Below are positions 1-14,281 of a stretch of 64,000 nt of DNA, one piece after another. A program made the translations under genes and the position numbers. The stretch comes from Amphiscolops sp. MND2022. Taxonomy: Eukaryota. Each line of letters begins with the position of its first letter. Position 1 is the first letter of the stretch. Where the stretch lies: NCBI GenBank assembly GCA_964187785.1, contig OZ076414.1, positions 34,038,001 to 34,102,000 on the forward strand, given 5' to 3'. Under the pieces are notes generated by a model. It did no database searches and was not told the DNA's origin. It saw nothing but the letters and a program-made list of their open reading frames with translations.

Positions 1-3000
1 TGTAGATAAAAAATGAAGGGTATTTAGTCGAAAAAAATTCAAAAAATGTTAGTACCGAAAAAACCCAATAAATGGACCCTTTGGTCTTTTAATTATCTTT
101 CTAACCATCAAACATTTGGTTTAGTGTTTAGTGCATCACATTTGGTTTAGTGCATCACCAGTCCAGAAAAATGACTTGCTGTGACAAAAAGCATATGAAA
201 ACTATGAAACTTCATAAAAAGGGACGCTTCAGAGTGACTGACGAAAAACTTCCCCTTCTATTAATCTCGGACTTTTTTCTGGTAAAAAGCGTCAACTAAC
301 TGGAGCCGTTAGCCATAGTGTGGACAATTAAGCATCCTAAAACTATGACTCAAAGCCCTCGATCAGTGTACAGTTCAAGGTTGTTTTCAACTCTGTCGTC
401 CGTCAATGTTCAATCAGTGAACAGAGGGGGGGGGGTGTATAAAAACGTTCTTTGGTAGTCTAACCAGATGAGGAGATCGATCACTAACGTTCGAAATTGA
501 AGTAAAACATTGACCGAGAGATGAGACAAACTGCAGATTGTCATTTATAATAATAAATCCTATTGTTCGTTTCTGTTTTTATCCAGTATAATGGTTTCCG
601 CGGTGCTTGTTGTCCAAATTCAACGGTATACCATTTTCCACGCCATGAATCAGTGCAGATGATCTTAGAATGGTATCCATGGTTGATCGATGACAACCTA
701 AGATTTCAAGAAAGGCCATCCATGAAAAAAACTAATTAGATATAACGTACGGATTTAAATTGTACTTCAATTTGAGAAATCGATTCATTGAGAAGATCAA
801 AATACTAAATAAGACGTCTTATACAGGGAAAAGTAGAAAGGCTACTTCAGGACATTATTTCCATTTTAGGACAAAATGCCTGATTTTTTTCTAAATTTTT
901 GTGTTTGATGAAAATCTTTCTTAATTTTTGTCATAACGAAACGTTAATACTATGATAATCACTTTTGTTTCTACAGGCTTTTGTAGGCTCATACGTCATG
1001 TCTAACTGTCTCCTCCCATTGCAGAGCGATGACGTCTAAAGGGGAATTCTCGAGGGGGTCCTAAGAGACTAATGCTAAATTAGTTCCATTGTCAAGACAT
1101 TTTGCCACACCCCAATTATACTATTCTCATTATGAACCGAATTATATGCATTCACATTCAAATAATTTCAGCTTTTATAGCTCTCTTTTTGCTTCGTGAT
1201 TTTTCTTCAGAATTCAAAGATTAAAATAAAGTATAAAAATTGTAAGGTTCCTAAATGTTGATATATAATGTAATGGCAATATTATGAATACGACTGTTAA
1301 AGTATACGTATATATGGTACTAATGATCAGCTGACCACGATAATGCAAAGCTGTAAAAGTTCAAACGCGTTCAGTTCAGTTCAGCACGGCTTAATTTTTG
1401 GTCAAAAGTATGATGAAGCATTAGGGATTTTATTTGCAGTCATTATTGAGTTCGCAATACACCGAGGTCGGAGTCTGAAATATGACCAAATTTTTCCAGA
1501 CTGGAATTTCCAGTGGAACTTCAGAGATTTTTCAAACAATTGAGATGATTAAAATGAAAGAGACCACATATAAAAGTGCGTATCATGATATCAGTCGAGA
1601 CTGCTGAAAATTTTTCCTCATTGCATGCCTGCATGCCGGATAATTTTTTATAAAATCTAGAAACTTCAGTGAGCGTCCGGTGGTAAATTTTGTCGAATTA
1701 TATTGCAGATTACACTATCACAATTAAAATTGAAAACAATTTCCACATCGTTAACGGCATGATCACGTATTCACACTTTCATATTTCAACTACTCATTTG
1801 ATGTAAACACTGCTTCTCAAATATCCCATTGGAGATGACGCTAATTTGCAGTTTATGACATAACTGAAATTAATTCGCTTAAAAATTGGCGGTAAAATTG
1901 ATAACCACTTAGTTACATTTAAAAATAGATGTGAAAAGATGAAACCTGCAAAGCTTCGAGGCTTAAAATTGCCGCCAAATTTAGGAAGATTCTTTCAAGC
2001 AGCAATTGAAAAGGAAAAAGTTTGGCATGAAATTTTCAGTGAAAGTTTCAGGAAATCTTTGAAAAAAATTATAGCAATTTTAAAGAACATGCAAAAAGTT
2101 CAAGCAATTTCAGTAAGGAATGCCTTGTATACTATGAGTGTGAACTTGAATATGTAAATTCGAGTGTAAATTTTTTCATGAGATGGCTCGAAAACTAGTT
2201 TTTCAAACCTGCAAACTTCGCTAGAAGTTTTTCAAATGTGAGAAATGTTTGTTTAGGAAAATATTTTCCGCCTACATTTTCCATTTGTGGAAATTAATAA
2301 CTTTTTATGTCATTTTTTTGCTTTTTTCAAGAAACTTTTGTACAAGTTGTCCATCAATTTGAACATGTTTTTCATTTATGCAAGTATAGTTTAGTGAAAA
2401 ATCAAATAGGTTACCTAGTTGCAACTGCTGGGTTTTTCATTTTTCCTGCTGCTTTCGTGCATACAAAGCCAAGTTTTCGGGATGCGCGCAATAGGCCGAC
2501 AAACCATTATACTGACAATCGAATATTGGGCCAGAAAGCCGACTGAAGTTAGTCAGTTGGTTGAAAATGGTTCATTCAAAGGCACTAGTTTCAATCGAAA
2601 ATGCCTCTAAGTGATCATTCTTGTCAGCCTAATGGCTTGTCGGTTTCATTTCCTGTCGGTCTAACGCATCACTTCCCATTGTTTACAAAACATGGAAAAA
2701 TCCGGAAGCTTGCTCGAAAAAAAACTTTGTAGGATTACAACGCAGCACTCTTTGTCTCAATGAAAGTGAAAACTTTTCTATTTCTCGATCAGTTTGTTTT
2801 CACTCTTCAATTTCACAAGAACACAACCTGTGAAATCGCTGTTAGTCAAATTGCACGTTGATTGTGACGCCGCTATGAACGCTATAAAGTAACAGAAGTT
2901 TCATTGCAATAAAATGGCTGTAAAATTACAAATTACAAAAAAATAGAACTGCATCTTATTGGAATTTGTAAAACTTCGCTGCTGCTCCGATCATCTTTTA

Positions 3001-4594
3001 GGCAGTTTGATGAAAATCAGTTGAAACAGTTAAATTTTAATGCATGGAAGTTTCTGCGAAAGTTCTAAAAATCATGATGAATTAACTTGACAACCTAGAA
3101 AATTTCCAAGCGGTTTCAACTAGGGCTTCTAAGATTTACAGTGTTAAATGTGGAACAAAATTGCTGATTGGAAAAGTCTTGAGACGCAGTGCGATAGCGC
3201 AATAGGAACTTTGACGTCAGAAGTAATTGTTTCCCTGAGTGTTCCAATTTACGTTAACTCAATTACGTTGCGTCTACAACTGTAAATGCATTTATAGAGT
3301 CGTAACAAATGTTCTTGCATCAACGTTCAAAAGAGTCTAGACCGTTAATTAATTACTCGGCAGTCAAAAAAGTGCCTTCGTTTTTCATACAAACGAACGC
3401 ATTGTGCAGGGAATATTCTGAAATTCAATCTCGAGTGTTTCTTTCTGCCGGAATACTGAAATATATTTTTGTATTTACTCAGAATAGTACACTGTACACA
3501 CATTCTCAAGGCTCATCAATGTTGTGCAGTATACTGCACAACATTGATGAGCCTTGACAATTTCCACAGTGAAAAAAATGAAAAGCTCTTCTGGAAAAAG
3601 TGTGACCATGGTCGAATGTTTGTGAACGAAGTGTGAAATGCATGTATCATAGTCAAGTCGAATACAATGCAAGTTCGTGAATTCACATCGACGTAATACA
3701 GAATAGTACTTCAACAGAATCAAGATTTCGTGAATCAAAAGCTTTATTCTTCAATGGCTTCATTATTTCCTTGTGCAGCTAACTCTGAAACGAGATCATA
3801 GAATGTAATGCTTTGTAATTTTCCGCTTCATTCTCTCCAAAAACAGCTGCGCGTCAAGCGCGACAAAACAAGGGATAACTCTTTGTAAATGCTTTGAATT
3901 CGTTGAAAAAAACACCGGTGCAGTTTGCATACTTACATGACTATTTGATCATACAATGTATTCAATAAACAAGAAATGATATCATAAAGATTTTCCTTAA
4001 AGGCAAATTTTGGTTGATGAATTTTGAAATATATTCTTAAAATTTTGAAATATGTACGGTGGGAACATACCCATAACTTTTTCAACATAAATTTTCTGCT
4101 GTTTTGACAAATTTTCACAGGGTAACCAAAATATCATTCAGATTTCCGGTACTTCTTGTGGGGATTTTTGCGCTCCTTTTTTCTCAAGTTTTCGCTAGTG
4201 TTTGAATTTGGCGGCTATGTAAGTCCATTTTTCTAGAGGACCCTGTAATATCGAAACCCTTTAATATGTTATCATCAAGTCATCAAATATTATTGGCTAA
4301 TTCACGGTGAAGGAATTTGAAGATGAACTGGAGACAGTGTTTTGATAAATTTATAGTATATATCTTTAGAATTTTGAAATATATCTTGAAAGATATGCAT
4401 AACCTTGCAGAATCTTGCATTATACAAGTTTTTGTGACAGAATCGTGCAAGATTTTCATAACATGCAAAAGTTTAGCAAGAATCTTGAAACATTTGTGCG
4501 TTTTCTGCCATCTAGGGTACACATGGAAAATTTTCCAGAGTGTTGTTCTTCAAACAACTTTGCTAGCCTACTAAATTTGGATGTTCTTTTCCAG

Positions 4595-4765
4595 GTGTTA
4601 GGGATGCTGAGCAACCTTGCGTTGATTGTCTCTGTGATGAAGTTCGGCCATCTGCAGCAGATTCACAACCTCATCATCACTAGCCTCAGCTTCGCGGACG
4701 GCTTCTTTCTGCTCTACGAGACGGTCATTAGGGTACCCCAAAGCATCACGGAGACATTCACTTCT
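4595..4765 (+). CDS. Class A GPCR exon (TM1-ICL1-TM2)
   Basis: Bounded by ttttccag| and |gtaagt; 171 nt, phase 0/0. Encodes VLGMLSNLALIVSVMKFGHLQQIHNLIITSLSFADGFFLLYETVIRVPQSITETFTS, with the TM1 GxxxN and TM2 N..I.SL..AD (LAxAD-like) motifs. Confidence 0.88.
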
Positions 4766-5136
4766 GTAAGTGGTCATGGCTGATTTTGTTCAAAATTGAT
4801 CTTGCTTTGAAAATCAGCTCAGGAAAACGTGAAAAACGAAAGTTCATTTCCCCAATTCCGCAGGGTGGACGCCGAATAAGCAGTTCTGCTTTTCTGAGTC
4901 GGCCTCTTTCGGATACTTTCTCCCCATTGCAACCTATGGTACCATATTTGCCGCCAAGTGGTCAAGTAATGGTGGACTTGAAGCTGTGGTTTCAAAGTGA
5001 CTTGCTCAAGGTCACAAAGGTCTGACTGCTCACCGTTGCTCTTTTTATTTTTGCTTTTCTCCGCCAAATGCGTTATTCTTTGTCACTGACTAAACCACTA
5101 AGCTACTGATGGAGGACTTGCTTAAAGCCCAACAGT

Positions 5137-5210
5137 GGTGAGTTGAAAGAGATTCGAACTTGTTCGCCCCAGTACAGGACGAGTGCTCTAACGACTACAC
5201 CGTAAAACGT
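5137..5210 (-). ncRNA. tRNA-like Pol III unit (tRNA-derived SINE head or tRNA pseudogene)
   Basis: The minus strand reads ggtgtagtcgttagagcac (A-box-like) ... GTTCGAATC (B box). No convincing acceptor or anticodon stems. Confidence 0.4.
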
Positions 5211-6339
5211 GGTGAAACGCAATAGTTTTCTTGAAAACTTACAAAAATAGTTTCTATGGTGAAATGGTTGTCATCATCTGCATCGCACCATATTGAAATT
5301 TTGAGTTGCTTGAGAGTTGAATTTGCACGAAGCCATATGTTAAAAGCAATTCACGTGAACAAAAATCAAAGCTATCATTGCTAGTGAGTTATTTTCGTTG
5401 ATTTGATTTCTCTTTTTCAAAACTGAATCAGCATGTCGCACACACCATAGAAACTGAAACGCATCAAAACCGTTGATACGAACAGAACCGTCATCTTTAT
5501 TGGCTTCGGGCATTAGTTGCTGTTTTTTCGAAGCTTTTGTTCGAAGAAATTTTCCACTTTTAAACTTTATGATGTCTGGAACCTTCAACGGAAAGGAAGG
5601 TTTTCACGTTTACGCAAGAAAAACGAATACCGAATGTTTTGGTTCAAAAAGAGATAAATTCATAATAACATCAATGTTACTAACAAAAGCATACCATTGA
5701 AGAATCCTAGATTCAAGAAGATGAGCAATTCAGAAATTTTGTAAAACAATCGACATTTTCGCAGGTACTTGGAGCATAAAGATTTCATTTTTATAATTAA
5801 ATAGTTGAATAATTAAAATTGTATCCTTCGTGAACGCTGTTAATTTTTATCAATACAACGAGGTTTCTGACGACGATAACGAATATTCTGGTAATCCTTC
5901 TTCTATTCAACCGTATAACACAAAGTTCATCTTAACTATGCAGCATCTTTAAAAGTTTGTAATAATATTTGTCAATAAAGTTCTGGTAAGCCTAGGTTCA
6001 GACTAATCCAAATTGGACATATGCTCACATCACTTCAGATAATTTCATCCAGAAAGTGTCGAAGCACCCAAAACGCTTCCTGCGTTCAGATGTAGCAGCA
6101 CATGTCCTGAGACAAATGCGAGCAATTTTTTTCGATCCTACGCTTCCTCCTCAGTCAATCGCAAGTTACTTCGGATATAACAACAAAAGTCCGGATATAG
6201 CGTGCTGGGACGAATGGAAACCTCCACCTGCTCCTTAGTAAAACGCAATATAGTTCGGATATAACGTCAAAAATTCTGCTATATCACATTAGTTTTGAAC
6301 ATCCTGATTTCCTGTAAAAATTCAAATTCTCGGAATCCG

Positions 6340-6680
6340 AACCTTATTCCAGTGGTTTTAGAACTTACAACTGTGAAATAAGAACCGACCTACAAGGTTT
6401 TTTGGAATTTTTTAGGGGTTTTCGGGGTGAATTTGGCTAAAATATCGACAATTTGGGGGACTTTTAGATCTTATTCCAGAGATCTGAGTCCTTATTCCAA
6501 AGATCAGTGGTTTTAGATCTTATTCCTGTGAAATAGAAACCGACGTAGGTTTTTTTCAGGGGTTTTCAGTATGAAATTGGAGAAAATGTCGTCGTGATGA
6601 ATTTTAGATTTTCCAGAGGTAGGTTTTCAGTTCAGTGGCTTTAGATCTTATTCCTGTGAAATGGAAACCGACGTTTTTCA
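6340..6680. repeat. Degenerate tandem repeat (gtggttttagatcttattcc...tgtgaaat.gaaaccgacg)
   Basis: The motif recurs at about 6350, 6460, 6505 and 6633. Confidence 0.6.
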
Positions 6681-6880
6681 GAAGTGTTGGAAAAAAGATT
6701 TGGTGACTACTATTCTTCAGTTTGTTGAAGTTTTTATTTGAAGTCCGAAATATCAGGATTCGACTCCCAGCTTGTCAATTTTCAACGAACATGGTTACCT
6801 CAGTCAGTCTTTGGAAACTGTGACCCGCATTGTCAGAGACAACAACGCGTTTTGGCCACAAAATGACAATAATGTATCTA

Positions 6881-7282
6881 CGATATCGAAGTGGTTGTAA
6901 AAATCATTCAGTAATTTTGTTTTGAGTGATGTCTAGATTATTTTTCCATAACTCTTAATTTAATGGTTTTCTGAGTCTACTTTTTCTCGAAATCGAGCAG
7001 TTCGTAGTAATTTTTTTCTTGCCATATTTGGCTTCTTAGTAAGATTTTTCTTGCCATATTGGGCTTCTTAGTAAGATTTTTCTTGCCATATTTGGCTTCT
7101 TAGTAAGATTTTTCTTACCATATTGGGCTTCTTAGTAAGGTTTTTCTTGCCATATTGGGCTTCTTAGTAAGATTTTTCTTGGAAACATGGCTCTCTTGAT
7201 AAGATCTTACCATGGCATCTTGCAATTATTGGCAATATCTTGTCACGATCTTACTAAGATATCCATGGAGGGTCGACCCGGG
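6881..7282. mobile_element. Partial copy (right arm) of the CCCGGG-TIR MITE, containing five 32-bp tandem units
   Basis: Near-identical to 8933-9313 and ends in gagggtcgacccggg-TA. The unit gccatattgggcttcttagtaagatttttctt starts at 7021, 7053, 7085, 7117 and 7149. Confidence 0.75.
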
Positions 7283-8233
7283 TATATATTGAGGAAACCT
7301 AATTTCAGACGAAAAATGACATGTTTGAACAGTCTCACAAAACATTTGAAACATTTTAAACATCCAGTTTGTTGCAAAATATCAAAAATTTTAGGGGGAA
7401 CTTTTGGATACCTTAACAAAATTTTGAGGGCACTTTAGTCTCGTCCGGTTTTGTATCTTGGAATAGAATTATGTAAATGGAATAAATGAAAGAGGGGCCC
7501 TTTGCACTAATGTTTCCGCTTGCTGGTCCAGTAGTATAGTAGTTCTGTAAAAAGTGTCCACTACGCATACATTCTGTTATTTGACGAAAAAAACTTGCCG
7601 CTGTATTAGTCGCGCTCATTTTCTACTAAAATGTGCCGACTCAAAATCAGCCTCCAGTCTATAGGCAAGGTTGCAATCAATAATGTGATCAGAGACCAAA
7701 ATCGCCCGTTCCTGAAACAATATCATTATCCCACACTGCTCTTACAGGATTCGAGACGTGCAATAATTGCAGAGCTTGTTAATATTTGCAAACCGGTCCA
7801 TAAGTACCGACTACTGGGCCCAGTGACAAAATATCAAACTGTCCATACTAGAAACAATCATTGGACATGTAAAAGTCCTAAATCGGCTCAATCATTGATG
7901 CCCGCTTCCAGGTTCTAAGCTAGTAGGCTCGGACGAGACTATATTGTCTCCTTTGGATTTTTTTCGGCACTTTGAGACGTTTTTTTTCCGAAAAAATTTA
8001 ATTGTCTTCAAAGGGTCCCCCTTCTACTTTTTGATATTATGCGACAAATTGGATGTTAAAAAATGTCAATGGGTCCCCCTTTCACATTTAAGCTAGGCAA
8101 AGAATGTGAAAAGAGGACCTTTTGAAGTGGAAATTTTTTCTCACGAAAACCTTCGCCACAGTTGGAGGTGGACACTTTTTTCGAATTCAGTCGTCAGGTT
8201 TCTCATATTGGGAAACATAATTCCTATAGGCTA

Positions 8234-9313
8234 CCCGGGTTGACCCTCTTACTAGCATCTTGGCTGTCTTGGCAAGATCTTGCCAAATTCTTACTACATC
8301 TTGGCAACCATGGATCCCATGGCAAGATTCTTATTAAGATCTTACTAAGATAATACTTATTCCAAGATCGTATCTTATCACGATGGACAATACTTTAAGG
8401 TTATAAAAAAAACACTATACCTTCGGTACAAGCAGCCGAGACTCAATCTAAAGGCTCATTTCACCCAACAACGACTATTTCTACTCGTTTTCATAATCAA
8501 AATGCTTAAACCTGCTGAAAAAATTTTGCATGCAAAATTGTGCGAAAAATTACGATAACGTAGTCTGGCTTCCAAAATTTTGACGAGAATCCTAATAACT
8601 GCTCACCTGTTTAGGACTGAGAAATGCGAATGTACCAAATGAAAGGTAATTTCAAGGGCTTTCCAAAACTTAAAATTTATCACTCCTGTCGATTCCAGAG
8701 GCGGAGAAATATGCTCTCAAACGTCCAGACCCACTATCGGAAAGTTTCAAAGGAAAGACCTTAAAATCCTGAAATCTTTGTAAAAATCATATTTCCAGGT
8801 TTCTTTGAGCCTGTTTCAGCAGCCTTATTACTGCTAGAAACGGCGGTCATTTCTCTAATTTGGGTAATGATTGAGCTCAAGGCTTTTCTGACGCCGTTGT
8901 TGGTGACAGTTTTGCAATTGAAAGAACAATATCGATATCGAAATGGTTGTAAAAATCATTCAGTAATTTTGTTTTGAGTGATGTCTAGATTATTTTTCCA
9001 TAACTCTTAATTTAATTGTTTTCTGATTCTACTTTTTCTTGATATCGACAGTTCGTAGCAATTTTTTCTTGCCATATTCGGCTTCTTAGTTAGATTTTTC
9101 TTGCCATATTGGACTTCTTAGTAAGATTTTTCTTGCCATATTGGGCTTCTTAGTAAGATTTTTCTTTGAAACATGGCCCTCTTGATAAGATCTTACCATG
9201 GCATCTTGCAATTCTTGGCAATATCTTGTCACGATCTTAGCTACGATTTTTCCAAGATCTTGGGAAGATCTTGCCAAGATCTTACTAAGATATATATGGA
9301 GGGTCGACCCGGG
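8234..9313. mobile_element. MITE-like non-autonomous DNA transposon (15-bp TIRs, TA flanks)
   Basis: TA-cccgggttgaccctc ... gagggtcgacccggg-TA (14/15 inverted match). Subterminal cttggcaagatcttgccaa and cttactaagat motifs occur at both ends in opposite orientation. Confidence 0.75.
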
Positions 9314-10890
9314 TATAGGCTAGAGGTTAAGCTATGCCCAAATTTTCAATTAAATAAATCGTGAAGAAACATGTCCAGCAAAAGGAACTTTTACTAGGAT
9401 TTTTCGATACCATCTGTGTTTTTTTGACATTTTGCACGAGGATATTCATAAATTGTAAAGAACCTGAAAATGCGTAGTGATATAATTGTTGTATTTTTCA
9501 TCGGACTTCCAAGTAGATTGGATTCTGGTTGAAATTTGGGACCTTTCTAATTCTGCGACATTCTTCTGGTAAATTTGCATCAAAAAGTTCGAGCTGTATT
9601 CGTTTTTTTGCTATCCTATTGTGTCAAAATTTCAGTGAGAAATCTTTGAATACGATCAAGCAATATTATATGGAGGACATTGTATGAGTCTCGGATGACT
9701 GCGTAGCAAAACAGCGTAAATTTTACCGACTATTTCTTCGTACAGAACAAGCACTCACAAAGAGCATAATGTTTGTCAACAAAAACCGTCAAAACTAGAA
9801 AATTATGCTTACCAATCATCATCATCATTATAAAGTGGTGGACTTCAAAAAGTCTTTTGCTGTTGAAAACGTCTGCTTTTGTGTTTTCAATTGGATGTTT
9901 TGATGTACGACACGTGAATTTGTTTGACAAGCTCAATTTTCTTCAAAAAACAGCTTTTTAAGGAATACTTCATTCAATGAAGCAGAAGAATTTGGTTTTG
10001 TCTCGGGAAGTGACAAACGGACTTCGGAAATTTTTTCAACCTACAGCCCCCCACAAATCTGAAAAATGCCAGTAAGCTTCAAAAGTTGGCTTAAACAGTT
10101 CATCTTCAACTGGGCATGCATTTCACTTATTCTAGTCGATATGAAAAGGAAACAGCTAGTTCAATAAATGCTGGTTAGATTATAATTAGAACCATAAGCA
10201 CATGTATCAGATAGAACCATAAATGAAGAAAACGGCGGTTACAAAAAGTGACGTCGATTGGAATTAAGATTATGATAGAAAAACTTTAGTTATAACCATA
10301 TATGTCTACATTTAAATTTGTCAAAAATAAAAAAAATATGGATAACAGATTTTTCCAGGAGGTAGAGCCTTTCTTTGATCATGTGTCTAACTCACGCTAA
10401 TCTTTTTCCTTGGAAAAAATCTCATTTTTGTAAATCCTTGGAAGAAATGAAATGTCTGTTTTACGACGTAAAAAAATGACGTATATCTTCAAAAAATGAA
10501 AGTACCCCGAATTCAAATACATACACAGAAGAAAACTGAGAAGAATACGAGAAGTAATTTATTTAGATGCATAAAAAACTTGAAAAAAGATGGTTTTACT
10601 GGGATGAAAGAACACTGTAATTCTCAAATTGAAACCAAACTTTAATCCTTTTGATCAAATCTTGTCTGCTTTCTGTAACTTTGAAAAACGAATAAGAAAC
10701 TTGGAGTGGTTATGATAGGTGTAGCATTATTCTGCTGTATTATAATATTATAGTATTATAGTACACGTCTACCGAAATGAGGACTTCTATTTCTAAGGTC
10801 TTGAGGATGAATAATTCCAGTATGTAGGTTCAAGTGTAACTGTTTTTTTTTGGAATTTGATGAATAATTTCATTTTTTGTTCATTTTCAG

Positions 10891-10991
10891 CATCAATTCT
10901 CCATCCACCCCTGGCACTGCAACGTCAATCTGATGCAGAACACTTTTGTCACGTGCCAGTTACTGCATCTCCTGTTGGTTGCCCTGGACAG
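10891..10991 (+). CDS. Class A GPCR exon (ECL1-TM3, ending in D-R of the DRY-type motif)
   Basis: cattttcag| ... GAC AG|gtgaga; 101 nt, phase 0/2. Encodes HQFSIHPWHCNVNLMQNTFVTCQLLHLLLVALD(R), including the Cys at the top of TM3. Phase matches the preceding exon. Confidence 0.88.
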
Positions 10992-13321
10992 GTGAGAATT
11001 TTGACTAACTAATCATGGATGCTTCAATTATATACCTGCAATTATTTGGTATGCGGAAAACTTGTCGAAAAAACTTGCCGAATACATTTCGTCGAAAACA
11101 ACTCGTTGAACTTAAAGGGCGGAAACCTGGTCGAAAATTATTCCGTTGATTTTCAATTGGGCAAAAAATCGTCGAATAACTTCTGATTACCAATTGGCTC
11201 TAAGTAACCCATCAGAAATTTGTTTGTCATAAGTTTCATTGCGAAGTGCTAATTATCGATTGATTTTTCTTAATTCATTCGTTAAATTTTCAATTTTGCG
11301 GATAATATAGCTTTTGAAGTTGTATAATTCTGCGAAATCTCTCACTTTTATAGTTTAGAGTGTAATACTTTTGTTCGTAATACAGTACGGTCACAAAATT
11401 AACAATGCAATCGACGAAACTTGGCTGAGAAATATACTGTAGTTTGGGACGAGTTTTTCATTATAGCATTTTCGACTAGTTGTTTTCGAAGAGTTTTCTT
11501 AGATTCCTGGATTTTATTTTCGATTATAATGACTGAGAGACCTCGAAATTTGTACAATTTTTTCGTTTTCCACGTTCTTCTGAGAATATAAGAACTGAAA
11601 GAACAAACTGCTCCCTAATAGAGTTGCTATCCAGTGAAAATTCGATTACAATTTTCATGTGTTGCAAATTTTAGGTATTAATCAATTGAATTTGAGCTAT
11701 CGAAATTGGCTCCAGCATTTCCGGTGGCTAACAATTCATTTTGTTTTTGTCAAATGCGGCCTTTTAAAATAATGAGCACTTCAAATGTTCTCCGTTTTTT
11801 CCTAAGTTCTTCGAACATCGAATTTGTTCAATCGCAGAAACATGCAGTTGACAAAATTGACAGTTATTCGCTGTGAACAAATAACTCTTCTTTTAGATGG
11901 TTCTCAGTGTGTCTAAAGAATGATCAATCATTTCCGATGGATGATGTTAAATTGACGGGAAGTGAATTTGAAGTGAAAATACATCATTTATGAACCTGAA
12001 ATACAAATTTACCTGAAATGACATGAAATTGTGCATGCAAATGGGAATTTTCTATCACTATGGTCTGGCTCAAGTCAACAAGAAGTGCAAAAAGGGTTTT
12101 GAATACAATAATCGAATGTTTTAAAAACTTGTTCATGCTAATTTCATGAATCTCTATCATTTTCTCTATTATTTTCATCTTTTCGCGGCTCAACAACTCA
12201 AAACGACCCAACTGTTAGTCAAATTGCGAGCTGATCGTGACTCAATTGCAACGTGTTTGAAAATCGAAAAGTTATCACACGTCAGAGTTTTCTTTTCATT
12301 CAAATGGCGGAAGAATTGATTAGGTCTACCTTGTATGTAACAAGTCGGGAACGGCCAAGTCGGCGCCTCGCTCACTGTTAAAAAATTAAAGCAAAGGGAT
12401 GCGCATAAGACCGGAAAACCGCTTTTCCCCCACTGGAAATATCAGAAAACGGATTTTTCAAAAAATAAATTATTTTTTTTTCAAAAAAAATCTTCAGTAA
12501 AAGGTCCCATAGTATTGAATAAGGAGCTTTAAACTCGCAAACTCTTTTTTGTTTGTCGGAAACATTTAATCGAGTGAAGGGTACACTTTGATCACTTGAG
12601 AATTTTACCGAAAAAAATCGCACAGCGCCAAAAAAGACGAAGGTCTTTTCCACAATCATTGCGGAAAAACCATCAATTCCACAGGATCAAAAAGTATCGA
12701 GGCGATCACCCTCAAGACTCATAAAGACATTTTCATTTACAGAAAACCTCAAAAAACAAAAAACTGCTTCAAAATTTAAAAAAAACTAGACAAAAAGTCG
12801 CATCAATCCAAAAACAAATCCAAAAGGGGACACTTTGGTCTCCCATCTACTTTTACAAGCATTAGAAACACTTCGCTTCAGAGCGAGACTCGAATCCACG
12901 GACTCCTCAACCTTGTCTCCCACCTTCCAGGAAACCCTGGTTGATATCTAGAACAATTGGCGGTCAGAAGTTACTAAGGTAACTAAGTTACTTTTGAAAC
13001 GTGCTATTCGAAATCTGTCAGCTGGCTGGTCATAAAAAAACCACTGTTATCATCAGATTTTTTTCACTGAATCAAACTGAATCAGAAGTTTTTTTATAGT
13101 TTGAATATTTGCCAGAAAAGAAAAAAAAATATTTAATGGGATTTCCTTTCAGTTTTATGTCAGGATATCTGTGGTTGCCAATACGGATGGGGTATCGTGA
13201 TTTTTAAAGGGGAACTCTGAAAAAAGAACTGCACACGTTGACCCTGACAGCGCCTATCATATTAGGATCGAAGCAAGACCATATCACCCATGCACCTCGT
13301 AGTATATTTCGTACTACGTAC

Positions 13322-14281
13322 TACATTACGACGCATAACCCTACACTTTTAGTGCGGCTCAAAGTTGAGGTTTTGAGCAGTAGAATCATGGGCCAAGCTT
13401 TATAACATGCAAAACGCAAAATGCGGAATCCGTTGCGCGGAATTCAGGGACAAAAACCTCAGAGTTTAATTTCTCGCGTTTCCGGTTGATGATAAGGCAG
13501 ATTAGCGGGATCCGCTGCATTGGTAAGCTCGAGATCGCGGAATCCGCTGCTAGTTTTATATTTTTGCATGTTCATCAACCCAAGTTTTCGTAAACTCACA
13601 GGTAATATCACAGGTAATCTTTGCTCAATTTCTGAATTGGACTACAACCAAGGAAGAATCCTCAAAAGATTATGATTAATTACTTTCTTCCTTAAATTTA
13701 GAACACATTTGACACAAATTGAATAAAAGTGATTCAATTAAAAATTAATTAAAGTATATAAACTGTCTTCTGTTTCCTGTGCTGCCAAACCCCAGTTTGT
13801 GTTTTTGAAGTGTGCTGATGGATGATGAAGAATGACGATGAGAAACGAATACAAAGGGTTCTAAAACATAAAACCTTGTCAGTTTGCTGATTCCGCGATA
13901 TTTTGCAGTGGAACCCGCTGTTAAAAACAGCGGATTTCGCTGTTTTTCTATTTACAATACCAACGCTTGTCTGTGGAATCCGCTGTTTCTATGCTGTGTA
14001 AAATTACATGACCTTGGATTCCGGAACAGCGACTTCGGAGGAATCCGCTGCTGTCTAATATAACAAGATTTGCGTCCGGAATCCTTTGAACATTCAATGT
14101 AAAGAGACTTGCCCCCGGATTCCAGAACAAAATGCAAACGCATTCCGCTGCACATGTTATAAAGCGTGTTTTTGAATTCCGTCATTTAAAACAGTGGATT
14201 CCAGGTCCGCTGTAGCAGTACATGCGGTTAGCAGACGATTCCGCGCTTTTCGAAACGTGTAGGGTTATGCGTCGTAATGTA
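13322..14281. mobile_element. MITE/foldback-like element with 25-bp perfect terminal inverted repeat
   Basis: tacattacgacgcataaccctacac (13322-13346) is the exact reverse complement of 14257-14281. The interior has more than 10 variants of the palindrome gcggaatccgc. Confidence 0.75.

Noticed and set aside
1343-4574. Numerous 60-120 aa ORFs in the first 24 kb and the last 6 kb
   Set aside because: Low-complexity F/K/I/L-rich translations of AT-rich repeats with no family motifs.
4415-4594. N-terminal part of the 122-aa ORF 4415-4783
   Set aside because: It lies upstream of the splice acceptor in repeat-like intronic sequence. Only 4595-4765 is GPCR-like.
12885-12905. B-box-like motifs (also near 6757) suggesting tRNA genes
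   Set aside because: No A box at proper spacing and no cloverleaf.
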